A DNA stretch of 64,000 bases from an uncultured Verrucomicrobiota bacterium (GTDB lineage: Bacteria; Verrucomicrobiota; Verrucomicrobiia; Limisphaerales; UBA1319), in assembly GCA_964538065.1 (NCBI GenBank), contig CAZIDG010000013.1:1488-65487 (forward strand), read 5' to 3'. This document shows positions 44,941 through 54,483 of this stretch, piece after piece. Under the pieces are notes generated by a model. The model was not told the origin of the DNA. It saw nothing but the letters and a program-made list of their open reading frames with translations, and made no database searches. The translations under genes were made by a program, and so were the position numbers. How positions within the stretch are numbered: position 1 is the stretch's first letter; each line of letters begins with the position of its first letter.

Positions 44941-47463
44941 TCAGTTGCCCGTTTCCTGGATGACGATGTTTCTGAAGGATATCTCGGCGTTGGAATTACC
45001 GTGAATTTGGAGTGCCACAAGCCCGCTCAGGGGAATGGCAGAATCGGTTTCGGTGTAATCCACTGTCTTGACCCCGTTGAGCACGATCTGGATTCGCGGC
45101 CCCATGCAGCGCACTTCGTAACGGTTCCAATCGTTGGCCTTTTCGAGCTCGGCGACCTGTGATTCCGCAGGACGTGACAGGAATTTGTTCCGGCGCGATT
45201 CGTCATAAAGACAGCCCGAATAGCCAGCGCCAATGTCCGCCTGGAAACCGGCCATCTCGTGGGCCGGGTCCTTGAGCCTTACGCTGTGGAACTGGACGCC
45301 GCCATTGATGAAGCCCGAGGTTCCGACCAGCTTGTACTCCAGGCTCAAAACGAAGTTGGTGTAGCCGCGCAATGTTGCCAGGAATTCATTTTGCGCGTTG
45401 CCCTGCAGGGAACCTCCCACGATGACACCGTCGCGCACCTTCCAGACATTCGTGTTGCCTTCCCAGCCAGCCATGGAATGGCCGTCAAAGATCGGGGTCA
45501 ACAGGCCTTGTTTGAGAAGATTGGCGGCCGCGTTGCCGGCTTTGTCGCGGAGGTCTGCATGGGTGGCGGTTGCGGCGATTTTATCAAGCACGTCCCTGGC
45601 TTCAGAGGCACATCCTTGTCTGGCAACCGCGGGAGCCATGTTGATGATTGGTATCACGGCCTCCTTTTCCAGTTCGGGATCCGCCACATGCCGCGCCAGC
45701 AGACGATAGCTCTCGATGGTGTTCAACCGGCCCAGTGCGGACAGGATCAGACGGCGGTCCTTGGTGGTCTGGGCCATCTTGTCAGCCCTTCGCATCCATT
45801 CGACGATGACACCATCGGGTTGCTGATGATTCTCGGCCGTGGCCATGGCCAGGCGGATCCCGGCCTCCAGGGCGCTCGCCCGATGAGCCTCATTGGACTC
45901 TGCGAAGGCGAGAAGGTCTTCGATGGGTGCCGGATCCGGCCAGTTGCCCAAAAGCTCGATGGCGTTGGCTGATGCCCTGTCATTGGTGCTTCGCAAATCG
46001 GCTTTCAGGACAGGCAGGACTTTCGGACAGCCAAGAGTTGCCAGAACCCTGAGCCAGCAGAATTTCTGATTGAGCTCGGAGGTTTGGCTGAGCTGAGCCA
46101 GCAGGAGTTCAGCCTCCTTTTCGGGCGCTGTGCTTTTCTGGCAAATGCGGATGATCGCCACTCCGGCATGGTTCAGGTCGGCTTCGTCCGTATAGGTGCG
46201 CGTGAGTGAGATCATCCCAGGCAATTCGGGCGGACCGGCCAGCACACCCAGGGCATCGAGGGATGCCGTGCGGAGGCTTTTGTCCGATTGGGCTGCCTGT
46301 TTGAGAAGCTCTGCGGTGGCATTGGTCATGCCACGCGCACTCGCAAGACGGACCAGCCGGAGCCGGTATGGCGCCTCGCTGGCCGAGGACAATGCCTCCA
46401 TGATGGGTTTGTCCACAGCAGTTCCTTCCATGCGTTCGAGAATGCGCAGCGCCAGGGCTGTTTCCTCGGGAGCGCGATTTCTCTGCAGGGCCTCGAGAAA
46501 GACCCCGGCATCCGCAGGGCCGCCCAGTTGCCCAAGAACCCCCAAGGCTGTTTTGCGAACCTCACCCTCGTTGCTGCTTGCCTTGGTCTTGATCGCGGCA
46601 AGGGACTCATGATTATGACAATCCAGCAATGCAGTGAGCAGCTGCACCTGGAGCTCGGGGCTGGCCTTGTCCAATTCGGCGTTCAAGGCGCTGGCCAGGG
46701 CGTCACTGGGAATTTCACGTATGGTCAACAGGGCCACATTGCGGATGGCGCGATCCTTCGATCTTAATTGCTCCATGAGAAAGGCCGGCGCCTTGGATTT
46801 TCTGGCCAGGATGGCGCCCCGTGTTGCCGCTGCGCGGGTGTTCATGGGAACCCTGGCCTTGCATACCGCATCGTAGAGTTGCACGGCCGTTGCCGCATGG
46901 CCCTCGGCAAGCTGCTGCTCGGCCGCCAACAGGCAGGCGCTTGCGGATTCACCCCGAAGCGTGTCGGCTCCGTTGCTAAGCGACTGCTTGAGGATATGGA
47001 CCGCCTTGGTGTCGGCAATGCGTCCCAAGGCCAGCAAGGCTTCCTTGGCGACGCCGGAATCTGGATGGGTGGCCAGTGGTTCAAGCAGGGGGACCGACCT
47101 GGCATCGCGCAAAACGCCAAGGGAATTGATCACGCCTGCAAGCTGCCTGCCTTTAAGGGAACCTGCAGCCGTGCGGAGGGCTTCCGCCGCACTCGGATCA
47201 GGGATGCCTTCGAGTCCACTGCGCGCGTAGGCGCCCAGTTGCTCGTCGCCCAGGAGCATGGCCAGGGCAGGGACGGCTTCCTTGCCGCCGATTTCTCCAA
47301 GCTGCTGGCAAGCGCGCGCCTTTTCATAGAGCCCGGCATTCGAACGCAGGACCGCGATGAATCCTTCGGTTGAGTCAGAACGGTCGGCTGCGCAGATGTT
47401 GTAATGCATCCAACATGCCGAAGCCATCGCCAGGAGAAGAAGTCGTTTGAACATGGTGGTCAT
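44941..47463 (-). CDS. secreted HEAT-repeat protein with a C-terminal DUF1080 (3-keto-disaccharide-hydrolase-like) domain
   Basis: ORF 44941..47586. Candidate starts are 47490, 47463 and 47454 (signal MFKRLLLLAMASA). A long Ala/Leu-rich HEAT-like region is followed by PIFDGHSMAGWEG...WKVRDGVIVG...NEFLAT...YTNFVLSLEYK...GNSGV-type DUF1080 pattern, ending ISFRNIVIQE. Confidence 0.8.
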   Translation of the reverse strand: MTTMFKRLLLLAMASACWMHYNICAADRSDSTEGFIAVLRSNAGLYEKARACQQLGEIGGKEAVPALAMLLGDEQLGAYARSGLEGIPDPSAAEALRTAAGSLKGRQLAGVINSLGVLRDARSVPLLEPLATHPDSGVAKEALLALGRIADTKAVHILKQSLSNGADTLRGESASACLLAAEQQLAEGHAATAVQLYDAVCKARVPMNTRAAATRGAILARKSKAPAFLMEQLRSKDRAIRNVALLTIREIPSDALASALNAELDKASPELQVQLLTALLDCHNHESLAAIKTKASSNEGEVRKTALGVLGQLGGPADAGVFLEALQRNRAPEETALALRILERMEGTAVDKPIMEALSSASEAPYRLRLVRLASARGMTNATAELLKQAAQSDKSLRTASLDALGVLAGPPELPGMISLTRTYTDEADLNHAGVAIIRICQKSTAPEKEAELLLAQLSQTSELNQKFCWLRVLATLGCPKVLPVLKADLRSTNDRASANAIELLGNWPDPAPIEDLLAFAESNEAHRASALEAGIRLAMATAENHQQPDGVIVEWMRRADKMAQTTKDRRLILSALGRLNTIESYRLLARHVADPELEKEAVIPIINMAPAVARQGCASEARDVLDKIAATATHADLRDKAGNAAANLLKQGLLTPIFDGHSMAGWEGNTNVWKVRDGVIVGGSLQGNAQNEFLATLRGYTNFVLSLEYKLVGTSGFINGGVQFHSVRLKDPAHEMAGFQADIGAGYSGCLYDESRRNKFLSRPAESQVAELEKANDWNRYEVRCMGPRIQIVLNGVKTVDYTETDSAIPLSGLVALQIHGNSNAEISFRNIVIQETGN

Positions 47464-47494
47464 GAATGGGGTGAAAGATTGGGTGTTCATGGGC

Positions 47495-48847
47495 TTAGAT
47501 GTGAAAACACCATGGTTCCCGCGTGGCCCGTGTCCGCATGCGGTTGGCTTCTTCATCGCCGACAAACTGTTCCTTGACGGGATCAAAGGTCAGTTTGCGC
47601 CCCAACTGCCAGGAGAGTTGGGCGGCAAAACAGGCCAGATGCGAATGGCGCATGATATCCTGATTGCAGACCGGCCTGGCCCTGGATCTCATGCAATCGA
47701 AGAAATTGCGCCCATGTCCCGCTGCGCTGAGCCCGTTGCCGCCGACATTCGATTTCACTGATTTTTGGAGACTCTCCGAAAGAATGATCTGGCCATTGTC
47801 TCCGGTCTCGACCCATCCTTCGTCCCCCTCAAAGCGCACCGGGCAGGTGCCTGTTGAGGTGTGGTATTGCGGATCACGGTTGCCGAAGGCAGTCGGGAGA
47901 AAATCACACACCAATTTAACCCCATTGGCATACCTGGCGGTCACGGAGGTCGCCGACGCCTCGTACTCCACAGGGGTGGTGTTGTCAGCAGAGTTGGCCC
48001 ATTGGCAGAGGTCCACCGTATGGGCGCCCCAATCGAGGAAATTCCCCCCGGCTTCAAAATCATGATGACCACGCCAGCCACCGCTCACATACCGGCTGTT
48101 ATACGGCCGCCATGGGGCGGGACCCACCCAGCGATCCCAGTCGCATTCGGTCCTGGGCGGTTCAGGCTCAGCAGGCAGCCAGGCGTAGCCCTTGGTGGGA
48201 ACGTAAACCGAGGCATGGAGAGTGTGAAGACGTCCCAGTTTGCCGCTTTGCGCCAGCCAGACTGCATATTGAAAATTGCTCACACTACGCCGCTGGGTGC
48301 CGGCCTGGAACACGCGACCATGGCGATGGATGCCGTCGGCCAGCGATTGAATCTCACCGATGGTCATGCCGCACGGTTTTTCGCTATAGACGTCCTTGCC
48401 GGCCTTGGCGGCGAGCAGCGACGCCAGGGCATGCCAATGATCGCCCGTCGCAATCAGGACTGCATCAATGTCAGGTCTGTCCAGCAGTTCCAGCATGTCC
48501 GAATACATCTGGCAGTCCTTGTTGTTATAGAAGGCATCCACCGTTTGCTTGACCTGCTCACGGCGGCCTCGTTGCACATCGCAGATGGCGACGAACTGGA
48601 CATCTTTCTCGGGGAGCATCACGCTCAAGTCGTACTGGCCACGGGGGCCAAGGCCGATGCCCGCCAGCACGATCTTCTCGCTGGGCGCCACAGCGCCATC
48701 GCGTCCCAGGGCGCGTGCGGGAATGAACATGGGTACGCCCAGTGCGCTTGCGGTGATCGTTGCCCTGGCAAGAAAATCCCTTCGGCTCATCCCTGCGGGC
48801 TTTACATCCTGTTTGCTCTGATGTGGTTGCGGAATCGGCGTACTCAT
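47495..48847 (-). CDS. Tat-exported Gfo/Idh/MocA family oxidoreductase
   Basis: ORF 47495..48964, ATG at 48847. MSRRDFLARATITASALG twin-arginine signal. IVLAGIGLGPRG Rossmann start. DVYSEKP. Confidence 0.85.
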   Translation of the reverse strand: MSTPIPQPHQSKQDVKPAGMSRRDFLARATITASALGVPMFIPARALGRDGAVAPSEKIVLAGIGLGPRGQYDLSVMLPEKDVQFVAICDVQRGRREQVKQTVDAFYNNKDCQMYSDMLELLDRPDIDAVLIATGDHWHALASLLAAKAGKDVYSEKPCGMTIGEIQSLADGIHRHGRVFQAGTQRRSVSNFQYAVWLAQSGKLGRLHTLHASVYVPTKGYAWLPAEPEPPRTECDWDRWVGPAPWRPYNSRYVSGGWRGHHDFEAGGNFLDWGAHTVDLCQWANSADNTTPVEYEASATSVTARYANGVKLVCDFLPTAFGNRDPQYHTSTGTCPVRFEGDEGWVETGDNGQIILSESLQKSVKSNVGGNGLSAAGHGRNFFDCMRSRARPVCNQDIMRHSHLACFAAQLSWQLGRKLTFDPVKEQFVGDEEANRMRTRATREPWCFHI

Positions 48848-49136
48848 ATCGATTTGGTTTGGAATCCCAAACCTAGCGAAGGTGACCCAGGTGGTCAATG
48901 GGCGTTTTCTGTGCCCCCAGGTGAAACGGTTGCAAAGCTCTTGTGGGGGCATGACTCCGGCCATCGGAACGTCTGATAGACCGCTCCCGTTGTCATCCCA
49001 GGACCGCGGGATACGCGGCTCGTAAACCCAGTCAGTTCAATCCTGATCATGTTGTGGTCGAACGGCCTCTGGGAGTGGAACCGCAAATGGGGTTGAGAAC
49101 TGTTCAAAATGGTGGCAGGAGTATCTTGAAAAGACA

Positions 49137-49880
49137 ATGATCGTCAAAGAAATCATAGCCAGGTCAATCCTCTCGAAATCCCAGATCAATGATTACGCGC
49201 TGAATGCCTACGTGGGGTGTGAACATGGGTGTGTGTATTGCTACGCAAGATTCATGAAGCGGTTCAGCGGACATCCCGAGCCCTGGGGGGAGTTTGTGGA
49301 TGTCAAAGTCAATGCTGCTGAACTCCTTGCCAGGGAGATTTTCAAAAGGAAGGTGGGCACTGTGTGGATAAGCGGCGTCTGCGATGCGTATCAGCCCCTT
49401 GAGGAGAAATACAGACTCACCCGGCAATGTCTTGAAATACTCGTGGGGCAGGGATGGCCGGTGACCATTCAGACAAAATCACCCTTGGTGTTGCGCGACC
49501 TGGATCTTTTAAGGAAATCACCGGCCGCGCAGGTCGGATTCACCATAACCACCGCGGATGAGAGGATGCGCAGGATCTTTGAACCGGGAGCGCCGCCCAT
49601 CGAACAACGGCTTGAAGCCCTGCGAAGGCTCCATGCCGAGGGGATCAAAACCTTTGCCATGATTGCGCCCCTGCTTCCAGGGGCGGATAAGCTGGCGGAA
49701 CTGTTGAAGGGCACTGTGGATCATGTCCTGATTGACCGGTACAATTATTATTACGCGCACTGGGCCTACAAAAAATACGGAATGGAATGGGCCATGAGCG
49801 AGACCTTCTTCCAGGAAAAGGGGGAACAGTTGCGGGCCGCCTTTGAAAAGGCTGGGATATCCTGTCAGAAGCTGTATTGA
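49137..49880 (+). CDS. radical SAM protein (SplB/DNA-photolyase-like COG1533 type)
   Basis: 247 aa. YVGCEHGCVYCYARF gives the Cx3Cx2C cluster motif near the N-terminus. Confidence 0.8.
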   Translation: MIVKEIIARSILSKSQINDYALNAYVGCEHGCVYCYARFMKRFSGHPEPWGEFVDVKVNAAELLAREIFKRKVGTVWISGVCDAYQPLEEKYRLTRQCLEILVGQGWPVTIQTKSPLVLRDLDLLRKSPAAQVGFTITTADERMRRIFEPGAPPIEQRLEALRRLHAEGIKTFAMIAPLLPGADKLAELLKGTVDHVLIDRYNYYYAHWAYKKYGMEWAMSETFFQEKGEQLRAAFEKAGISCQKLY

Positions 49881-49949
49881 GGCATGCCATTTCCTCCTGG
49901 AGAAGGCTGCGCGTCCTCAAACAAGGGCCATGTTTTTCATGGCCCTCAT

Positions 49950-51116
49950 TCATTTCACACGTCCACGCCGTTCCAGGGGTGGCAGGGTGGGGAATGGCGC
50001 GTGTGGTTCGGTTTGATACCAATAAGCGACTGATGCGATGTCGTCCGAGAGAAGTTTGTACTTGCCGTCATCTCCCCAGCCCAGCGCTTGTATGGTCACC
50101 TTTAGTTCATGATCATAGCAGATGGGGTCCATGATGTGCCAGCGATAGAGACTCCAATAGTTGGGTGGCTCATGGCCGTCGTTGGTGGGAAGTGTTGTCC
50201 CGGAATACGCGGTCGTGAATGGCTCGGGAAAACCGTAACTGCCGCAGAAATAATCTTCTGTGCCTGTGCCGCAAATGGTGGGAAATGCCGTGTCGCCATC
50301 CATGAAGAATTTGATTTCACCCTCCCCAAACCAGCCCTTGCGGCGTTGCGTCCAGGCCAGGAATGTGCCGACATATCGTCCCTTGCCTTTGACGCCATCG
50401 AGGATGATGTATGGATTCTGTTGGGCCGTGTCAGCCCGGCGCCATTGCGCATGGAAGTAGCCCGTCTGTTTCGGCAACGGGACCAGCGCATAGGTGATTT
50501 GGAATGCCAGCAGTTCCAGGTCCTTGCCGGACTCATTGGTGAAGGTCACGCGGGCGTGGCGCTTGAACGGCATCGGCCAGTAACAGTTCATGGCGTTGGC
50601 GGGGTTCACGACCACCACCTGCGAATTCACGCGGCCAAACATTTCATGCCCGACGGCGAAGAAATCCGGCGCCGGGACTTCCACCGAAGGGGTGGTTTCG
50701 TTGTCCCAGTAGATCCTCACGATATTGGCGCGGCTCAACCCTTCCACCATCCAGATATGCTGAATCACGCCCGGTCCATCCACATCCATGAGGGTGACCG
50801 TTTCGCCGGCGTTCACACGGAGAAAAGGTTTGACCTTCCACCCCTGGCCGAGGTTGTCGGCAGCACGGGCACTGGCTGCAGGCTTGGGTTCGGCCGGGTT
50901 CGGAATGGCCATCCCTCCCTGGCCCTTGGCACCGGTGAGATTTTCGGCTGAGATTGAGCGCGTCTGGGCGTTGTCCAGGACGGGCAAACTGGCCAGGCCG
51001 CCATTCAGGGACGGTGGCGACAGGCAGACCGTTGTTTTTTGGGAGGGAGTGCCGCATCCTGCAATGCAGGCAACCAGCACGACCGAAATAAAGGCCACAA
51101 ATTTCCGAGTGTTCAT
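49950..51116 (-). CDS. DUF2961 / glycoside hydrolase family 172 lipoprotein
   Basis: MNTRKFVAFISVVLVACIAGCG lipobox. Motifs: SISAENLTGAKGQGG, PGVIQHIWM, CGTGTEDYFCGSYGF. Confidence 0.85.
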   Translation of the reverse strand: MNTRKFVAFISVVLVACIAGCGTPSQKTTVCLSPPSLNGGLASLPVLDNAQTRSISAENLTGAKGQGGMAIPNPAEPKPAASARAADNLGQGWKVKPFLRVNAGETVTLMDVDGPGVIQHIWMVEGLSRANIVRIYWDNETTPSVEVPAPDFFAVGHEMFGRVNSQVVVVNPANAMNCYWPMPFKRHARVTFTNESGKDLELLAFQITYALVPLPKQTGYFHAQWRRADTAQQNPYIILDGVKGKGRYVGTFLAWTQRRKGWFGEGEIKFFMDGDTAFPTICGTGTEDYFCGSYGFPEPFTTAYSGTTLPTNDGHEPPNYWSLYRWHIMDPICYDHELKVTIQALGWGDDGKYKLLSDDIASVAYWYQTEPHAPFPTLPPLERRGRVK

Positions 51117-51271
51117 GGAAATACAATGATTTGTCCCGGATCTTCACCTCAAACCACGCCTGCACGGCGACTCTCATCAACGAGTCCAGGCAGATGGCTT
51201 GCCTGACTCTGATGATAAATCACCGGTCTGTCGACTCCTTTTATGACGGAATTCCCCACCTGGGACGGGCA

Positions 51272-54088
51272 TCACTGGAGCCGATCCCGGCACCAGGCGC
51301 GCAATTCCTCCGCCAGCCCGTCGGAACCGGGCGCGGCCACGAGCCTGTCCACCTTCTGCGAGAGTTCCGTCAGATCGGGGGTGCGATTTTCAGCCTTGAG
51401 CTTGCGCCTGGTCAACTCCAGGAGGCAGTAATCCTGCACGCCACGGCGCCAGGCCTCCCAGCGACGCGAGGGAATGGGTCCCTCCGCCGTCGGGTACACC
51501 AGCGAGGTGTCATAGGCCTTCGTGGTTTTGCATCGGAGCCAGGGGTCGCCATAGTACTGCTGGGCCCAGTAGCCAAGGCCGCCCAGGTTGTTCTTGTAGG
51601 ACCACCAGAATTTGAAGAGGTAATGCAGGGTGGGATCCTGCCATTTCTCGTTTTGCCCCTCACTGTAGTAATAAACCCAGCGTGACTTCCCGGAGTCGAT
51701 GAGCATCTTGTGGAAGGCCGCCATGTTTTCGGGGAAGAATTGCTTGAAGTGGGGCACCCAGATGTCCGTGTAGCGGTCAATGCGCCTGGCTTCATCCGGA
51801 TCGGGGGTGCTGCAATCGATGATGATTTTAACCTCCGGACAGGCCTCCTTCATCAGGGCGGCCAATCGCACGGCGCGTTCCCCCACCGATTCATCGTAGG
51901 GGCAGGCCATGAGGCGGCTGGCGGCGACCCCATCCTCCACAATGCGGTTGATCATGGCCCGGTACCACGTTTTGAAGGCCTTGCCGTATTCCGGCGAGTT
52001 GAAATCGAGCCCGATGAGATCATCCCGCAGCACGCCCGGGTGTTCCCATACATCCACATTCACGTAATAGTATGGAAAGATATCCTTCGTGCGGGCCAGA
52101 ATGCGATCGAGGGTCGTGAAATCGAATTTCTGTTCGAATTCACCGGCGGCATTGGCCTTGACGCGGGGGAATTGCCGCAGGGCGGAGAGCATGAAGACAT
52201 CCACCCCGTGGCTGGCCAGGTCGCGCAGATGGAGTTCGGCCCATTCGACCTCGCGATGGCTTTCCCCATGCCCCACATAGTTCCAGGTAAAGGTGTGGAA
52301 ATTGCGGTCGGCATGGATGTCCTGCCGGCCGACATCCACCGCCAGTGGGACCCGCAATGGCTCTCGTGCCACACCGTCAATGACCTCAAATTCAATCGTC
52401 CCTTCGGCCTTGCCCGGCGTGACAGCCTTGAGGGCGAGCCAGATTTGTGCGGTTTCTGCAGGGGCGATGCGAACGATGCCCGACGGAATTGGGACCAGCG
52501 GATCACACACCGGTCGCCCATCTCCGGCAGGAACGGGAACGGCTTCGCGCCAGAGGCATTCGAGCCCTTCGCAGCCGAAGCTGGTGAACTCGGTGGAGGC
52601 ATTCTGTCTCAACGCACAGCGGAGCATGACGGTTTTCTCCCCCAGGTTTGTCACGTTCCATGCGAGATCGAGATTTTCGCCGACCAGCAGGCTGGTCTTT
52701 TCAGCCTCCGGGGCCTTGTCCGCCTTGCTGCCTTTGCCCGCAAACAGGGCGTAGGGATGGGCCTTGGCGATGGCCACGGGCAGGCCGCTTTTCAAGGCGG
52801 CGGCCTGCATGGAGATGTGTTCGTATTCGAGGGCCAGGGCATCGATTTCCTGGATCGTCGCAATGCAGCTTTTGGCCGCCGACGCCTCATCCAGTTTCTC
52901 CAGTCTCGAGGCAAGGTTGGCACGGGCGGTGGCGTATTCCTGTGTGCGCGCCTTGAGCTTGGCCGGGACCTCACCCTGGATTTGTGGCAACGCGGCCAGT
53001 TTCCGGGTGAGAAGGGCAACAAGGGAGTCGAAGGCCACGGGTTTGAACTTGGAGGTCAGGTTGAAGCTGCCCCCGCTGGGACTCCAGGCGCTGGCTTCGG
53101 CTGTGCCGCCTGCGTGACGGTTCCGATAGAGGTTTATGTACCAGGCATCACCCGCTTCTGCCGGTTTTGTGCCGAGGGATGAGAAAGGCAGGGCGATTTC
53201 AACCGACCAGGCGTTTTCCGATCTGGAGACGGCGCTCTTCCAGTCAGGGTTGAATCCGTGGGAATCGGCGCCCAGAGCGTCGTAGTGCTGGTTGAGCATG
53301 TCGACAATGAAGTGGAGGTAACTGGCATGGTCTTCGCCTGGACTGAGGAAGACTTCGACACTTTCGTTCTCCCACGCCCGCGGATCGCGTTCTTCAAATC
53401 GGGTCTGTTTGGCCTTGGCCATGGCGGGTTCGCTGCATTCGATGGCGATATACAGCATCTTGTCATCATGCCCGACTCTCGCGGAGGTGACGGGTTGTGC
53501 CGGGGCGCCGGCGGCGTTCTGGACAAATGCGGGGATCTCCAGGGTGCCTTGCCATTCGTTGGGGGCCTGTTTCCCATCAATGGCCGGTGGGGCAGCCATT
53601 TTGGGAATGACCGCCGGGGGAGTGGACAGGGTGCCGTCCGCCCTGGCCACCACTGTCTTCCAGTGAAATTCGGTGCCACTCGTGCCATCGGGTGCAGAGA
53701 GATTGGCAAAGCTCCAATCCTTATCGATCACCTTGCCAACGATGAAGACCAGTTCCGCGTCCCCCAGGGGAAAGTCCTCCGGAATATCCACTGCAAAGGC
53801 CACGTCCACCTTGCCTCCCACCGCGGTCGTGGCGGGAAGCTTCCATGGCGTGAAGCGATCGGCTGGAACGTCGATCACGGTTCCTGGATTGGCCAGGGAG
53901 TGAAAAGTGCCGGCCGGACGATCAAATTGAACAGCACCCTGATGCCGCACTTCGAGAGTGATGTTCCCGGAAAACTTGCCGCCCTGGCAGGGAGCACTTT
54001 GAAGTTTCAGTGCCGCCACCGAGTAATCAACGTCTGCGGCACACAAGGAGGATGCCCATACGCAAAGGGCCAGGAGGAATGCCGCCAT
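51272..54088 (-). CDS. large secreted protein with a CBM9/DOMON-like module and a C-terminal DUF4091 (GH123-like) region
   Basis: ORF 51272..54184. The ATG at 54088 gives MAAFLLALCVWASSLCAAD. The CBM9-like part has PAIDGKQAPNEWQG...MLYIAIEC...ESVEVFL...WSVEIALPF. The C-terminal part has DIWVPHF...WVYYY...GGLGYWAQQYY...PSRRWEAWRRGVQDY. Confidence 0.7.
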   Translation of the reverse strand: MAAFLLALCVWASSLCAADVDYSVAALKLQSAPCQGGKFSGNITLEVRHQGAVQFDRPAGTFHSLANPGTVIDVPADRFTPWKLPATTAVGGKVDVAFAVDIPEDFPLGDAELVFIVGKVIDKDWSFANLSAPDGTSGTEFHWKTVVARADGTLSTPPAVIPKMAAPPAIDGKQAPNEWQGTLEIPAFVQNAAGAPAQPVTSARVGHDDKMLYIAIECSEPAMAKAKQTRFEERDPRAWENESVEVFLSPGEDHASYLHFIVDMLNQHYDALGADSHGFNPDWKSAVSRSENAWSVEIALPFSSLGTKPAEAGDAWYINLYRNRHAGGTAEASAWSPSGGSFNLTSKFKPVAFDSLVALLTRKLAALPQIQGEVPAKLKARTQEYATARANLASRLEKLDEASAAKSCIATIQEIDALALEYEHISMQAAALKSGLPVAIAKAHPYALFAGKGSKADKAPEAEKTSLLVGENLDLAWNVTNLGEKTVMLRCALRQNASTEFTSFGCEGLECLWREAVPVPAGDGRPVCDPLVPIPSGIVRIAPAETAQIWLALKAVTPGKAEGTIEFEVIDGVAREPLRVPLAVDVGRQDIHADRNFHTFTWNYVGHGESHREVEWAELHLRDLASHGVDVFMLSALRQFPRVKANAAGEFEQKFDFTTLDRILARTKDIFPYYYVNVDVWEHPGVLRDDLIGLDFNSPEYGKAFKTWYRAMINRIVEDGVAASRLMACPYDESVGERAVRLAALMKEACPEVKIIIDCSTPDPDEARRIDRYTDIWVPHFKQFFPENMAAFHKMLIDSGKSRWVYYYSEGQNEKWQDPTLHYLFKFWWSYKNNLGGLGYWAQQYYGDPWLRCKTTKAYDTSLVYPTAEGPIPSRRWEAWRRGVQDYCLLELTRRKLKAENRTPDLTELSQKVDRLVAAPGSDGLAEELRAWCRDRLQ

Positions 54089-54483
54089 GCCGGGCCGAAG
54101 CGATGTCGATGGATTCGGTCTTCCCATCCATGCCATAGGGAGTAGGCTCAAGAAGGATTTCATAACGTATAGATGTTCAAGCATTTCGGTGTAACCTGTT
54201 TAAGGAAATCCACTCACGGAGTCCTTATATGCATGTTCTGTGCGAATGAGGTCAAGGTTTACAGCCAGCGTGGGTTGGGGGAGTCAGGAGTGGAACGGCT
54301 GTGTTTCCTGGTGTTTGAGTCGTCCCACTCCATACGCTTGTTTATCTCGTGCGGCCAATGACAGGAGAATGCCATCGATTCAGGCGACGCATATGTGTCA
54401 GGCTGCCATTATTTGCTCCAACCGAAGCCATATGGGCTGATCGTTGCTGCTTATTGTGTTGAGTCGGTGTCAGGGCAAGCTCC

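Noticed and set aside
51710-53182. 490-aa plus-strand ORF. Similar long shadow ORFs occur at 6990..7979, 8115..9050, 9899..10696, 19300..20163, 27949..28986, 29468..30760, 31687..32415, 38123..39136, 41272..42444, 45259..45972, 47861..48976 and 53258..54145.
   Set aside because: Each lies antisense to, or out of frame within, a gene with strong family motifs. Their translations are Arg/Gly/His/Pro-rich with no motifs. Long open antisense frames are expected at ~60% GC.
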